64,000 nt of DNA. It comes from Cirrosporium novae-zelandiae (Eukaryota). Both the position numbers and the translations under genes were made by a program. The stretch lies in the NCBI GenBank assembly GCA_026023565.1, contig JAPETS010000013.1, positions 1 to 64,000 on the forward strand, written 5' to 3'. Numbering within the stretch: position 1 is the stretch's first letter; each line of letters begins with the position of its first letter. Positions 22,644 to 35,778 of the stretch are shown here, piece after piece. Below the pieces are notes generated by a model that was given only the letters and a program-made list of their open reading frames with translations, searched no databases and had not been told where the DNA came from.

Positions 22644-24428
22644 TGATGATTTTCTTTTTGCTACCCTTTTCGCTTCGTTTTATTCTTTATTTTTGTATTT
22701 AAAACAAAGAGCGTCTTTACTATCTATAGTAAGTCTAGGTGTTTATTGACGATTGGTCTACATACAACCAATTACGTCGACTTGCTATGAAAAGATCTTC
22801 AAGACCCAGGTCGCCAGAGTAGACGACACACAATCTATTATAAGTAGCCGTGTGTTGCCTTAGGCTCCAATGTCCGATTACATCAGTGAAACGGACCACC
22901 AATAGCTACAACCAGCCAACTTCTGCTCTGACAGATTTCCAAATCAGTGGACTATTCTAAGGACTATCAATGAATTCAAGTCAGCCTTTCATGTATCTGA
23001 ACTGAACCCTTCTTCGTTCTCCAGGAATACTGTACAACTTTATGGTGGAGCTTTCAGGTATCATATTTCCTATCATGTTGAGCTTTAGGCTAAGACAATA
23101 GCTTTGAACCTCAAAGCCACGTCGGCCTTGGGAATTCACAGTTGAACCGATATTGGTTAGACTACCTAGGTAGTCAAAACTAAATAGTGAAGACCGAAAA
23201 GATAAAAAAAGGGTTGTCACAGAAGGCTCTGCCATACTAGCCGCATTTTCCACCAGGCAGAATTTTGAGGCTCTGTTTATATAGTAACTACTTGTCATAT
23301 TTAGTAACTAGTCCAGTTGATTAAAAGTTTTGATATGAAGTTGGAGCTTTGATGGGGCTTTGATGGAGAATCCGCCTAGTTTAAATATTGGGTGTTGCCG
23401 CGCCACAGATCCATGAACGGCACTGTTTCAGGAAATGGTGATGGTGAATTGGAACAAAAGATGTAGAAACCGAGACCTACAAGCATGTCAAATAATAATT
23501 ACAGACTATATACAGTACTCAGTACATATACTGGATAGGATCAGGTGCTTGAACGCGTGGCCTGGATTGGCCCGTAAGCTCGAATGTATTATGCTTATGC
23601 ATCGGAGGGGTAAAGACTAGAGTATTTTTTTCTCTTTTTTAGAAACTAATTAAGAAAGTAAGAAGGATGAAGGAGCATAAAGTATGTTTGCATGAATAGA
23701 AAAATACATAAAAGTTACCCAGGTATCTAGTCAAGTATATAATACAGAGCATCGCTATTCAAGCTGAAGATGTCGTCTTGAAAGAGGCTGAGCCACGGCT
23801 GTGTGTTTCTAGGATTCCTGATACCGTCTTGTATAGAGAGCTATGTTGTGATGTAAGCATTAGGTCGTTGAGGTCTCATAGGGCCTCAGAATGAAATTTA
23901 AGTGGAGATTAAATGCATCATAGTACAAATTAGTGCGGGTTGGTAACGAACAATCAGTTCCCGTGGTCCTAGGTGATAGGACCGACCAAGGCAGTGTAAA
24001 CAACTTGCCATGGAACCGCCGTCGATATCTTTCAACTACAAACTATCTCACGATATATTCCTTTAGAGACCATCATAATCCCATACTGTCTTGATCTTTC
24101 CTTGGACTTTTACTTATTCAGGCGCCTTTGCCAGGCCTCGAAAAAGTCAAGTCAAGCCACCATCTTGCGATAACTGACCGCAGTGACTGAAGAGCAACTT
24201 CATCACAAGCACTTTGAAGATCATATCAACTTGAAACGGCTATACCTAAGAGTTACCCTGAATAGTCTCTAACAGTAAGCTCAAGTCAATCCAGGAACCA
24301 ACCACCGGTTACTTATTTGCTAATGGTTGCCCCTACATAGTTTGACCAACCCGCATTCCAGTCCTCCAAGTCACCAAGACCACCACCCCCGCTACCCTTC
24401 AAGGATCCAATCTGGATTTTTGCTCATC

Positions 24429-27400
24429 ATGTCATACAACCGTTTAGGCATGTCGTCTCCTCTCTTTTTTCACTTGTACCTCGAGGTCATTGCTATCTAC
24501 CTCTCGAGATTGTTGTTCGCAGCTAGGCGGGACCTTGGATCACAGGCATAAGCTTACAGAGACTTTCGATACACTGCTGAGCACTGTCTTGAAACAAATC
24601 GCAGGCGATGCCATACATTCGATAAATCTATCTAACATCTTCAAGCAGATTATTCTGGTCACAACGACCAACACTCAGACGACGGTCGTTGGAACTCTCC
24701 CCCCCCCATGGATCCTCGACGGCAAACTTCTCCTGGGGTACCCTTGAGGGGATATCAATTGGAAGATGAACCATTTAGGCCACCTCAACCTCCTCTGCAG
24801 ATGCCCATGGCATCTAGTGACAGACTAGCTTCACAACCCACGGTGAGTTCACGAACAATATCCCATCTATGATCGAAGCTAATATTTTTTGATACCAAGT
24901 ACTCTATTGAGAATATGAGTAACACGTTCGGCCACAATTCTACATACGAAGCTAATCATCCCATCTCTCCACACGACTACCAACAATATGCATCGCATGA
25001 TTACGCCATCTCCCCGGAAGAACACCATAATGCATACTACAACCAACCCTATGAGCCGCATCCTCAGGATGCTCCATATCCACCGCAACAACAGTATCTT
25101 GATGATGATAATGTACCAATTCTTCGTACTGACAGCACTCCATTTGGACCAAATCCACATTTAGCATCCCCTATCCAAGAATATCCACAAGGAACGCCTA
25201 CCCCTCAACCAATTAGAAGATGGAAAACGGTAAAGGAAGTCCAACTCTATGATGGAAATCTTGTTCTGGATTGCCCGATTCCCCCAAGGCTTCTAAATAA
25301 TGTTCCTCATGCTCAAGCACCTGAGCGAGATGAATTCACCCACATGCGTTACTCCGCCGCAACCTGCGATCCTTCAGAGTTCTTTAATGACCGCTTCACT
25401 TTGCGGCAGCGTCTCTTCGCAAAGCCGAGACATACAGAACTTTTCATTGCGGTGACAATGTATAATGAGGACGACTTTCTTTTTGCCCGGACGATGATTG
25501 GCGTATTCAAGAATATCGAGTATATGTGTTCACGGCCAAACAGCAAAACCTGGGGGAAAGAAGCATGGAAAAAGATTGTGGTTTGTGTGGTTAGTGATGG
25601 TCGTGCGAAAATTAGTCCAAGAACGAGAGCTGTACTAGGAGGTCTAGGAGTTTATCAAGATGGGATTGCCAAACAACAAGTGAACGGCAAGGATGTGACA
25701 GCGCACATTTATGAATATACCACTCAAGTTGGTATGGAATTAAAAGGGAAAACCGTGCAGTTAAAGCCACGAGGCGCGACTCCAGTTCAACTAATCTTTT
25801 GCCTCAAGGAAAAGAACCAAAAGAAAATCAACTCTCATCGATGGTTCTTCCAAGCCTTTGGGCGAGTACTTGACCCTAACATCTGCGTTCTCATTGATGC
25901 TGGTACAAAACCAGGCAAGGATTCTATTTACCATCTCTGGAAGGCCTTTGACCTGGAACCCATGTGTGGTGGTGCTTGTGGAGAAATCAAAGTCATGTTG
26001 TCTAACGGAAAGAAATTACTAAACCCTCTAGTTGCCACTCAAAATTTTGAATATAAAATGAGTAATATCCTCGACAAACCTCTGGAATCGGCATTTGGGT
26101 TCATCAGTGTCTTGCCAGGAGCCTTTTCTGCCTATCGTTATATCGCCCTCCAGGATGACAAGACCGGACATGGACCGTTGGAAAAGTACTTTGCAGGAGA
26201 GAAAATGCACGGCGCCAATGCCGGTATTTTCACCGCAAACATGTACCTGGCGGAAGATCGAATTCTATGTTTTGAATTGGTCTCTAAACGCAATTGTCGT
26301 TGGATCTTACAATACGTCAAATCTGCTACGGGCGAGACCGATGTCCCTGATCGGATGGCTGAGTTTATTCTTCAACGCCGAAGATGGTTGAATGGATCCT
26401 TCTTCGCGGCTGTTTATGCCATTGCTCATTTCTATCAAATCTTCAGGAGTGATCATACGGTGATGAGGAAATTTGCTCTCATGGTTGAATTCACCTATCA
26501 GACAATCAACATGCTGTTTGCCTGGTTCGCTATTGGCAATTTTTTCTTGGTTTTCCGCATTCTCACAACAACACTAGGAGACAGTGATTTGCTGGGAACT
26601 GCAGGTAAAATTCTGGGTGTAATATTCGAATGGTTCTATCTCGGCGTTCTCCTAACTTGTTTCGTTCTCGCTCTCGGTAATCGTCCCCAAGGCTCTAACA
26701 AGTTTTACATGTCCATGGTCTATTTCTGGGTTTGCATCATGCTTTATCTGATGTTCGCCTCGATCTATATCACCGTCATCTCCATTAAGAATGAAGTCGC
26801 GGACAACTCTTTTAGTGTCTCGGACCTCTTCCAAAACACTATTTTCTTCAACCTCATCGTGTCTTTGGCCTCGACCTATATCCTCTGGTTCGTTTCTTCG
26901 TTCCTTTTCTTGGAACCTTGGCACATGTTCACTTGCTTTATCCAATATCTTCTTCTCACGCCAACATACATCAACATTTTAAACATCTACGCTTTCTGCA
27001 ATACCCACGACATTACATGGGGAACCAAGGGTGACGATAAGGCTGAGAAACTCTCATCTGTCAATGTCAAGCCTGGTGGCAAGGTCGATGTTGCTCTTCC
27101 ACAGGATGATGGGGATCTCAATGCCCAATATGACGCTGAACTGCGTAAATTTGCATTGAAGCCTCCCAAGGAAGTTAGAATTCCTTCTCCCGAAGAAAAG
27201 CAAGAGGATTACTACAAGGGGTTCCGTTCTGCTGTTGTTTTAGTTTGGATATTTTGCAACTTCGCTCTCGGGGCTGTGGTTCTCAGTGCTGCTGGATTGG
27301 AAAGGTTGAGCGTTTCAAGTAGTTCATCGTCAAGTGACGACGACGATGATGATACCCGCACAACTATCTATATGGCCGTAGTGCTGTGGAGTGTTGCGGG

Positions 27401-27467
27401 TTTGTCGCTATTCAGGTTCTGTGGAGCCATGTGGTTTTTGATTGTCAGGTTATTTAGAGGTGTTTAA
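24429..27467 (+). CDS. Chitin synthase, class I-like (GT2), 3 exons (24429-24447, 24649-24842, 24900-27467)
   Basis: [58 protein letters not shown]; spliced N-terminus MSYNRL...GYQLED...QPTYSIEN resembles class I enzymes. Confidence 0.93.
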
Positions 27468-28509
27468 ACTGACAATAATTCTTTACGGCACATGTCTGTT
27501 TACGATATGATTTTCCTAAAATCCACGATAACAAAGATAATCTGGAAGGGCTCTATATCCCGCTTGGACAGACTGGATATCTGATTGGTCTGGTTGGGGA
27601 AGGGATTGAGTGTATGCAAGGAGGTGATGTTTGTCCGGCTGTACATTATGAAGCAATGGCGTTGACCGCGACTACATAATGCTGCACGATGGGCTTTATG
27701 ATGCACACGTACAATTTGGGTTGGATGTGGAGACATGAAGGATACCGGCTGTACCTTGTTGACTTGTTTCTGGCAGCATAAGCATGCTATTTGTGTTTTT
27801 GTGATGGCAAAGTACATTTTCAGTACATGTATAGTTTGGCTTTGACAATGATGAATGTAATCCAAGGATAGATTCCTGTTGGTGGGGACCATTAACCCAA
27901 CAGGGATGCCTAAACAACTGAAGGTAGAGGTACGGTATTTTGTATCACGTGCTGGTCCCTGTGAGACTGGTGAATGTCATTGGAAATATGAAATATCAAA
28001 TGGACTTGCAAACATTGATATTCATATGGATCGACGACGTAAGAAATATGGGATCCAGTAAGGCTTAGTGAACATCTAAATCCCCTAGTTATAGCTTCTA
28101 AATAGCCATCAACAAGCTTGAAATGTATACTAAAATATTTTTTCAACGGTGGTTCGGATGATGGGCACAACGTGGTAATAAGCTCAAGGCCAATGGTGTA
28201 GTCGCACGCTAATAGTACACCCATGCAAGGATTCTTGCTCATGACACCAACGTTTTGCCTCCAGAAAAGATATCCCGATCCAACGCGCAAAAAAAAGCCA
28301 ACCTTTTGCCTTTCAAACATCCACCTTGCCAACGATAATCCCCTCTCCCCCTTTACGATTTCTTATCATCTCTGTTTAATCAACCTCTTCACGTTCTGAA
28401 GACCTTCGGACGATCCTTCCCGGCCTCTGCATCCTTGAAAGCCTTCCTACCTACTTTGACAGTGGCATTCTAAAAACCTTCCGTTTGCTCCCTTACCTCG
28501 CTGCCCAAA

Positions 28510-30639
28510 ATGGCTCCATACCGTCGCAAAAATCTTGTTGCAAGTCGGAGGCGGGTAGAAGATGAGGGAGAAGAAGAGGAAGGATCGACCACGCTTGATC
28601 TAGATGATGATTCATTGAGCGAGGGATCGATGATTAGCACTGCAGACGATGATGCGGATGGGGAAGGCAGCGACATCACCGAAGAGCCTGTCATCTCATC
28701 GACTGAAAAGGATATGATCAAGTCATCTACAAATGGTCATGTCAAGGTGGATCAGAACCCTGTCAAGGAGACAATTTCATCGACTGTTTTACTATCCTCT
28801 GCCGCTATGACGACGGATACTGAAGCTATGATGAATGGGCTGGATATACCGGGTAATATTGAAATTGAAGAAGGTATCTCGTTTGAGGAGATGACGGAAG
28901 AAGGGGGAGAACCGCAGAGAGTCCAAGAACCCCAATGGCAAGTCGCAGCAAGGAAGAGGGACAATCCAGCGGAAAGGAGACGGCGGGAACATGAAGACTA
29001 TAAAAAAAAGCGTGATGAAGATCCTGCATTTGTTCCTAACCGTGGTGGCTTCTTTATGCATGATCAACGTTCTGGGAGGACTGCGGGGCAGAACGGGTTT
29101 CGATCTTCCAGAATTCAAACCAAGGCTGCGGTCCCAGGTCCTCCCAATATATCAAGGTAATTACTTTGCATACTCATTTGACCAACTACGCTAACATGGT
29201 TATGTAGGCCACCCCAAACATCAGAACCTACAGATGTTAGATGGGCTCATGACCTTCATGAGGATATTTCGAAGCCAGAGACTCCAAGTCAAGAACATCA
29301 GAATGGAACGGACAAATCAGGCAATAGCTTTCCAATGAAGAACTCCTCTACACCACCTGGAATGGGACCACCTCGATCCTTCTCGCATGATCGTCATATC
29401 GGAAATGTGCAGCTACGGGTTTTGCTCCCCAATATGGCCAGTCCCATAATCTTTTCGGGAGTTCCAGTAAAACAGCACACACGTCTCCCCAATCACCGAC
29501 CTCCTCTCCGCCGAGACAAACCTGTTCGTATTTCGCTTCCGGACCATCCCCCTCGATACATCTTTCCGTCAATGCAAAGATCTTTCATCTTTATTCCTCG
29601 CGCCCTTCGCCCGAACCAGCAGATGTATCAACGTGGGAGAAATCGGGGAACCTATGGCGGATATGGCAATTATCCTTCCAGAAGGACAAGCATGTACGGA
29701 GGATCTGTTCATACCCCAAGCGTTGCTATGAGTCGACGGTCATCAATGGGTCGAACATTTCCTCAAGGTGAAGCCATGTCTAGAACTGGGTCGGCCACTT
29801 CAAAAACTGCCTATGGGCCCATGGATCCAAATAAACCGGTTGTTCGTTTACCACCTGCTGGTCAGCAACCGCATGACATGGCACCTTCAAGGCCTCTGCT
29901 TCCAACGTCAATGGGTGCTGGCCAAGTTGTTGATGGCCAAGTTACCCATTCTCATCCAACCCCTCAAGCATTTGCCATGCGTGACAGCCATTCGGAACCC
30001 ATCCCTATGCATCAGCCTCGACCCCAAAAGACTGTTACGGTTGCAGACCTAGAGTCTCCAGCCTCGCTTCCCTTTAATCCCCCTCAACAGCAACAAGAAC
30101 AGCCATTCCATCAACAGGTTCCCGCTCAAATCAATGGAAACATGATGGGGGTTGCCGACGGTGCTTTCAATGGGCAAATTCCGCCAGCAAGTCATCCTAA
30201 TAGTACACCGCTTCCCCAGATCCCCGAGCGGGCAGTTCATGCTCCAATGTTTCAACCTTATCAATACCCTTCCATGCCAGGCTATTATCCTCAACCATAC
30301 CCTCCACAGCCAGTTTACTACTACCCACCACCTCCTACCGAGTCACCAGCTTACAGTAACGTTCCGGTACCCACTGCAACTCCATTTGTTCCGGGTTCAC
30401 AGCCAGTACCATATATGATGCCTCCGGCTCCGCCAGCTACGGAAGCTACAGGTCAATCTGGGGTTGTTGCTCATGAAAGCAATGGCATGGTTTACTATTA
30501 TGATTCATCACAACAAGTTCCACCTCCTGGTCCACCATACCCTCCTACAAGTTACAACGTGCATGGAATGATGACGCCTCCTGGTGGTTACTATTATCCT
30601 CCGATGCAAGGACCTGTCTATTATCCGAACCAGCAATAG
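28510..30639 (+). CDS. Btz/CASC3 (Barentsz, eIF4AIII-binding) domain protein with Pro/Tyr-rich tail, 2 exons
   Basis: DPAFVPNRGGFFMHD and, after intron 29157-29207, RWAHDLHE; downstream HRPPLRRDKPVRISLP and ESNGMVYYYD. Confidence 0.8.
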
Positions 30640-32707
30640 CACAGCAAGCAGTCTTGTTGTTTTTCGCATTGATGATCTCAGTTGCTATTACCCTTTAATT
30701 ATCGTTTTACTTGTTTCCAGCGGGTTTGGCACAGAGGGTGTTATTGGGGATGGTGGAGGCATTGTTGCATTTCAGCGGTTAACGGCGTTTGGGTTCACTT
30801 CTGCTCCTAGGCTTTGGCTTTTGACTTTGATATTAGGGTTTCCTGGACAGGCGAGATGCATACACAGCTTTCCAGGTTACCTTAACTTTTGACCGTACTG
30901 ATCTTTATTATTATTCTACCTATTCTTATCCTTATCTACCTTAGCAAGCAGCGAGGGACGAAACGGTTTTATTCCACCCATGACGCTTCTTTAACTCGTG
31001 GTCTTTTACTATTGTCGGTACTTGTTGATCCGGCGAGTCTTCTTATGGATATCTTTTGTTGCTTTTAGTTTTCTCAAGCAGGGATCGGGGGGTTTGTTGG
31101 AATGAACGGAGGACGAAAAGCAAGGAGGACGTCGGCAGATGAGAGTTGTTGGCTAGGGACGGAATTGAAACTGGAATAAGTTTTAGATTTTTGTCAGCCA
31201 AGGTGATTTAAAGGCAGCGTGAGCGGCCATACATGGGCGGCCATAGTTTTCAAAATCAATGGAACTTGTCGATGGTTGCGCAATCGAGGACAAGTAGTTT
31301 CTGTCTCTGAATTCTTAGTTCTGGTAACGAGTACCCCCGCAAAAAAAGGGCAAATGGCAACTCCACAACGGCAAGTACCGTGTGCGGGGGTTGAGAAGAT
31401 CCGGAAAGAAATGGGTACTGACCGTATCGACGGTATTAACCATTAACCGTTAACCGTATTAACCGTATTAGTGGTATTGACCGTATTGCGTAGGTAATCA
31501 TTGGCATTACGACATGTCGGTTTCTGCAAAGTCTTGCATGGTTTACTAAGATTGTGGTCACTCTGGTACCTTGGTACATGTGGGGGGAGGGGGACACACA
31601 TGATGATTAATTTCGATGAGATTGGATTACAAGTTGCAAGTCACGTAAGTCCAGGAAAGCCTGCCACGCCTGCGTCGGGAAGATGGCGTGGATGGAAATA
31701 TAATGGAATTTATAAGCGGTGCAACCCTCGACCAAGCTGCAACCTGCAACCCGGGAATGACTAACTCATTTCCTCGCTATTCCGGGGTTATTTGAACTTC
31801 ACGATTTTCTTTCCCTTTCTTTTCTTTTTCTCCTTTGTTTTTTAATCACAATTGGCCCCTGCTACCATGGATCAAGAGGCAAGTACCCGTCACGAAGGAG
31901 GGTTAAGGGCGGTCAGCAACGGCTTGCTTACCTGCTTGATACTGCTGTAGTGTAGTGGTAAAGGGACTGAACAGGAAATACAAGTACCTGTACCGAGTAG
32001 TTCGTTATAGGTAGAGGCAATTATGAGCGAATACATCCAGATATCGAGGTATGAGTTATCTATGGTAGAGCTAATCTAAGTGAGATCTACAAAAGAGGGT
32101 CCGGAGCCTCCGTTTTAGCTCAGTTGGTTCAGAGACACAAGAGGGAGAGGGGGGGGGGAACGTGTGTATTATATAACTAAGTAATGAAATGATAATGAGA
32201 TTACTGTAAATGCAGGTATTGGATGACGGTGATGACTAGCCAATATTCGTAGGACTGATGCCTATTGCGCGGTTTGGCTTCGTTTGGCTTTCCTTTGGCT
32301 TCATTTCACTCCACCACCGCCTCACTCAACTTACCACCCACCTAAAGGTACAGTAGGCACCACCGATGGCCAGTTTCTAAGCTACGACCACCCCTCAATC
32401 CACTCACTTTACCATTTGCCTTCTTCTTACCTTTCCACCTCCACTCTTCAAGCTACTCTCTAACTCAGCTTTCCCAGCTCGCTTTCCTTCTTTCTCATCT
32501 TCTTCCCTTCCCCCCTCGAAAATCAATCCTCAACTTCCATCCCTATTTCATCACATCTAATTATTAAATACCTTATCTAGTTATTCTTGTATCCCTTGAT
32601 CATAACTAACCCCCCAGATCTCGATTCTCTCATCACCCCACACCAAACCATCCCCGACTTCCCTCCCCCCTCCCCCCCCCAAAAGAGTCGGTGGACCTGC
32701 CATCATC

Positions 32708-35700
32708 ATGTCTTCCCTACCACAACCAGTTACCCTGGATACTCCTATCACTGTCAAGGTCATTATCGATAATACTAACCGTCGATTTAAACTTCCTCTG
32801 AGAGCATGCTCTGCAACCGCGTTTGATGAGAAGGTAAGATCCTGCCTGATGTACCAATCTACCCTGACTGCAGTCATCTTCCGACCGCTATCAGGCAACT
32901 ACTTTCATCAAGCTTTCTATTCAACTACATGTCTTAAGATCATCAACAAAACCTACACATTATCTCATCAAATAAACCTGCTAACTCTTTCTCTCAGCTC
33001 CGATTCCTCCTAGCTATTCCTCCAAATGAAACAATAACCATTGACCGTTATTCCGACAGTGCCGCATCCTACATCACTCTCGACCGGAATCTCCCCTCAG
33101 TCTACAAGCAACTATTTAGAGCTGCAAAAGCAAAGCTTAAGCTTCGAATCAGAGTGACCCGTCAAATCAACTCTAGTCCTGACGTTTCTACAACTAATTC
33201 ACTCCCAACGTTGCCACAGCCTCTCCTACATCCAGAGCCTCTTGTACCGGTACCGGCCTTGGAACCTTTAATTAAGGACGTGCCAGTTGAGGAAGAACAC
33301 AAGGACGAAGCCCCAGTCCCAAGCCCCTTTGCAGCTTCAACCGACACCTTCGTCGACCCTTCATATTATCCCAAGACACTTGCACACGATCTCATCTTTC
33401 CCACCGATCGATCTATATCTAGTATGGCTTCATTCCGCATTGACTGCAACCACTGCAATAAACCAGTCTCCAACAAACATTTTCACTGCAGCATTTGCGA
33501 TAATGGGGACTTTGATTTGTGCCCGGCTTGTGTTGACGCCGGTGTATCTTGCGGTGGCGAAGGTCACTGGCTGATTAAAAGGTCATTCGAGAATGGCCAT
33601 GTTATTACAAGTACTACTGAACGCCTTCCACCATCCAAGAAAGCCGACGAGACACCTGCGCCTACTCCTGAAAAGCTTACTGAAAAATCAGTTGAACACA
33701 TTGAACCTGCCAAGGTGGTTGAAGAGGTTCAGGAAAAGATTCCAGAGATTCCTTGTCTGACTCGTATTTGCAACTCTTGCATTGAAGGTACGATGGCTTT
33801 TCTTGGTTTGCGGTAGTACATTAAATTTCTGCTAATACCGAATCTAGTTCGCCCGGAATCTGAAATGGTGACATGCAAAGACTGTGAGGACTATGACCTC
33901 TGTCTTGGTTGCCATCTTGATAATAAACATGGACATAACCCACGTCACACATTCACAGGTATTGGCGCCCACATCTTGGACGACGCGTCTATAGCTTTAG
34001 CGAGTCCTGGGCGTAACACTCGTCATCCTGCAATCTGCGATGGATGCGACAAGGTATGCCTTTCTTATGCAGGATATCCTATTTTCGCTAACAATTTGTA
34101 GACCATCTTTGGCCTGCGTCATAAGTGCCTGGAATGTCCAGACTACGATCTGTGTGCCAACTGCAAGTTATCGGCACCTGAAATTCATCCTCGTCATCGC
34201 TTTGTCTGTGTGACAGAGGTCCAAAACCTAGAGACTTCTCATGGCCCTATGCCCATCCATTTCGGCATCACTTGCGATGGGGTATTGTGCAAAACCAAGA
34301 CTCTCAAGCGATACATCTATGGTGTTCGCTACAAGTGTGCTGTATGCCATGATACCGATTTCTGTGCCAACTGCGAAGCATCTCCATTAAACCGTCATAA
34401 CCGAACTCATCCTTTGATCAAATTCAAAACCCCTGTACGCAATGTCTCTGTCACAACCTTGGGTGATAAGGTTAATGGCGATGAGACCTTGGTAATGGGA
34501 GATCAGATGCCAAAGACGAAGTCCAAGTCCACCGAGACCGTTCCAGCAGCTCCTTCTGCCAATGCTGCGACCCAGGTCCAAACCGTGGCGGAAGTCAAGC
34601 CAACCGAAAATGACCCAGAACAGTACAGAAAATCAGTTGCTGATCTCAGAGAAAAGATTGCTATTCTCTCCCAGCGTCTAAGAAATAGACTAGATGAGGA
34701 GCGTGCAAAGGAAGCTTCATCCGCCGAGACACGTCCGACCTCAAGTTCGAAGTTAAAGTCCAAGGCTTGCTCTCATTGGCTTCAAACTGGTCAATGTGAG
34801 TTTGGTCAGGATTGCATCTATAGACACGAAAGTCAAGATCTGGTTAAGATTAAGGTCCCTGAAGATCTTGAAATCACTAAAGAGGAGTTCGTTATCAAGG
34901 GGGATATTATCGCGCCTGCACCATCGCAAGACCTCCAAGCACACTTTATCAAGGATATTGTTCCTGATAGCACCAAAGTTGAGCCAAATCAACGTTTCAG
35001 TCAAGTCTGGACTCTCCGAAACCCTGGCCCTCGTGCTTGGCCAGCCAATTGTAGTGTACGTTTTGTCGGTGGGGATAATATGCTTGATGTTGACAGAGAT
35101 CACCCATCAAACTCAGACATGCTTAATGAAGCTACTGAGAGTAACGTTATTCGTCATGTCGTACAAGTTGGTGAAACTGTCAATTTCGAAGTCTGTATGA
35201 AGGCTCCTGAACGCGAAGGCAAAGCCATCTCATACTGGCGTCTTAAGACCTTTGCTGGTGTTCCTTTCGGTCACAAGCTTTGGTGCGAGGTTGACGTTTG
35301 CAAAGTTCCCGAAGCTACTGTTGCTGAGACTGAGCATGTTGAGTATGCCCCCGAGACCTCCGAGGAGCCAGCTGTTGAGGAAGAATCGGTACCAAAAGAG
35401 CCAGCCGATGAGCCAATCAAAGAGTCGGTCGATGAGCCAGTCACAGAGAAGGTCGAGGAGGTTGAGGAGAAGTTTGAAGAGTCACAAGAAACTGCCACTG
35501 CTGAAAAGGAACAATCCGAGAGTCAAATGATTTTCCCCACACTTGAAAAGGAGTCACCAGTGTCTAGCACCCACGAACTAGCTTCAGCACATGAAGCCCA
35601 TGAAGACCATATTTCCGCAGTCGAGATCGATCACGCAGTTGCTGAATTGAGCGAATATGATGGCGACGACTGGGAAGAAGGCGTAACTGATGACGGGTTT

Positions 35701-35778
35701 GTCACTGATGAGGAATACGACATTCTCGATGCCAGTGACGAAGAATATCTGGATGCGCAACAGGCTCCCAGGAAGTAG
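32708..35778 (+). CDS. NBR1: NBR1-type selective autophagy receptor: PB1-like N-terminus, four ZZ zinc fingers, coiled coil, CCCH finger, FW domain, acidic tail with AIM/LIR; 4 exons
   Basis: Introns 32834-32997, 33788-33847, 34054-34101; ZZ motifs (CNHC..CSIC..DFDLC, CKDC..YDLC, CDGC..CLECPDYDLC, CDG..RYKCAVC..DFC); FW domain (F-Q-W-LRNPG--AWP...SYWRL...PFGHKLW); C-terminal TDEEYDIL. Confidence 0.88.

Noticed and set aside
22540..22749. 69-aa ORF
   Set aside because: Overlaps the tRNA-Ser gene and starts at TTG; spurious.
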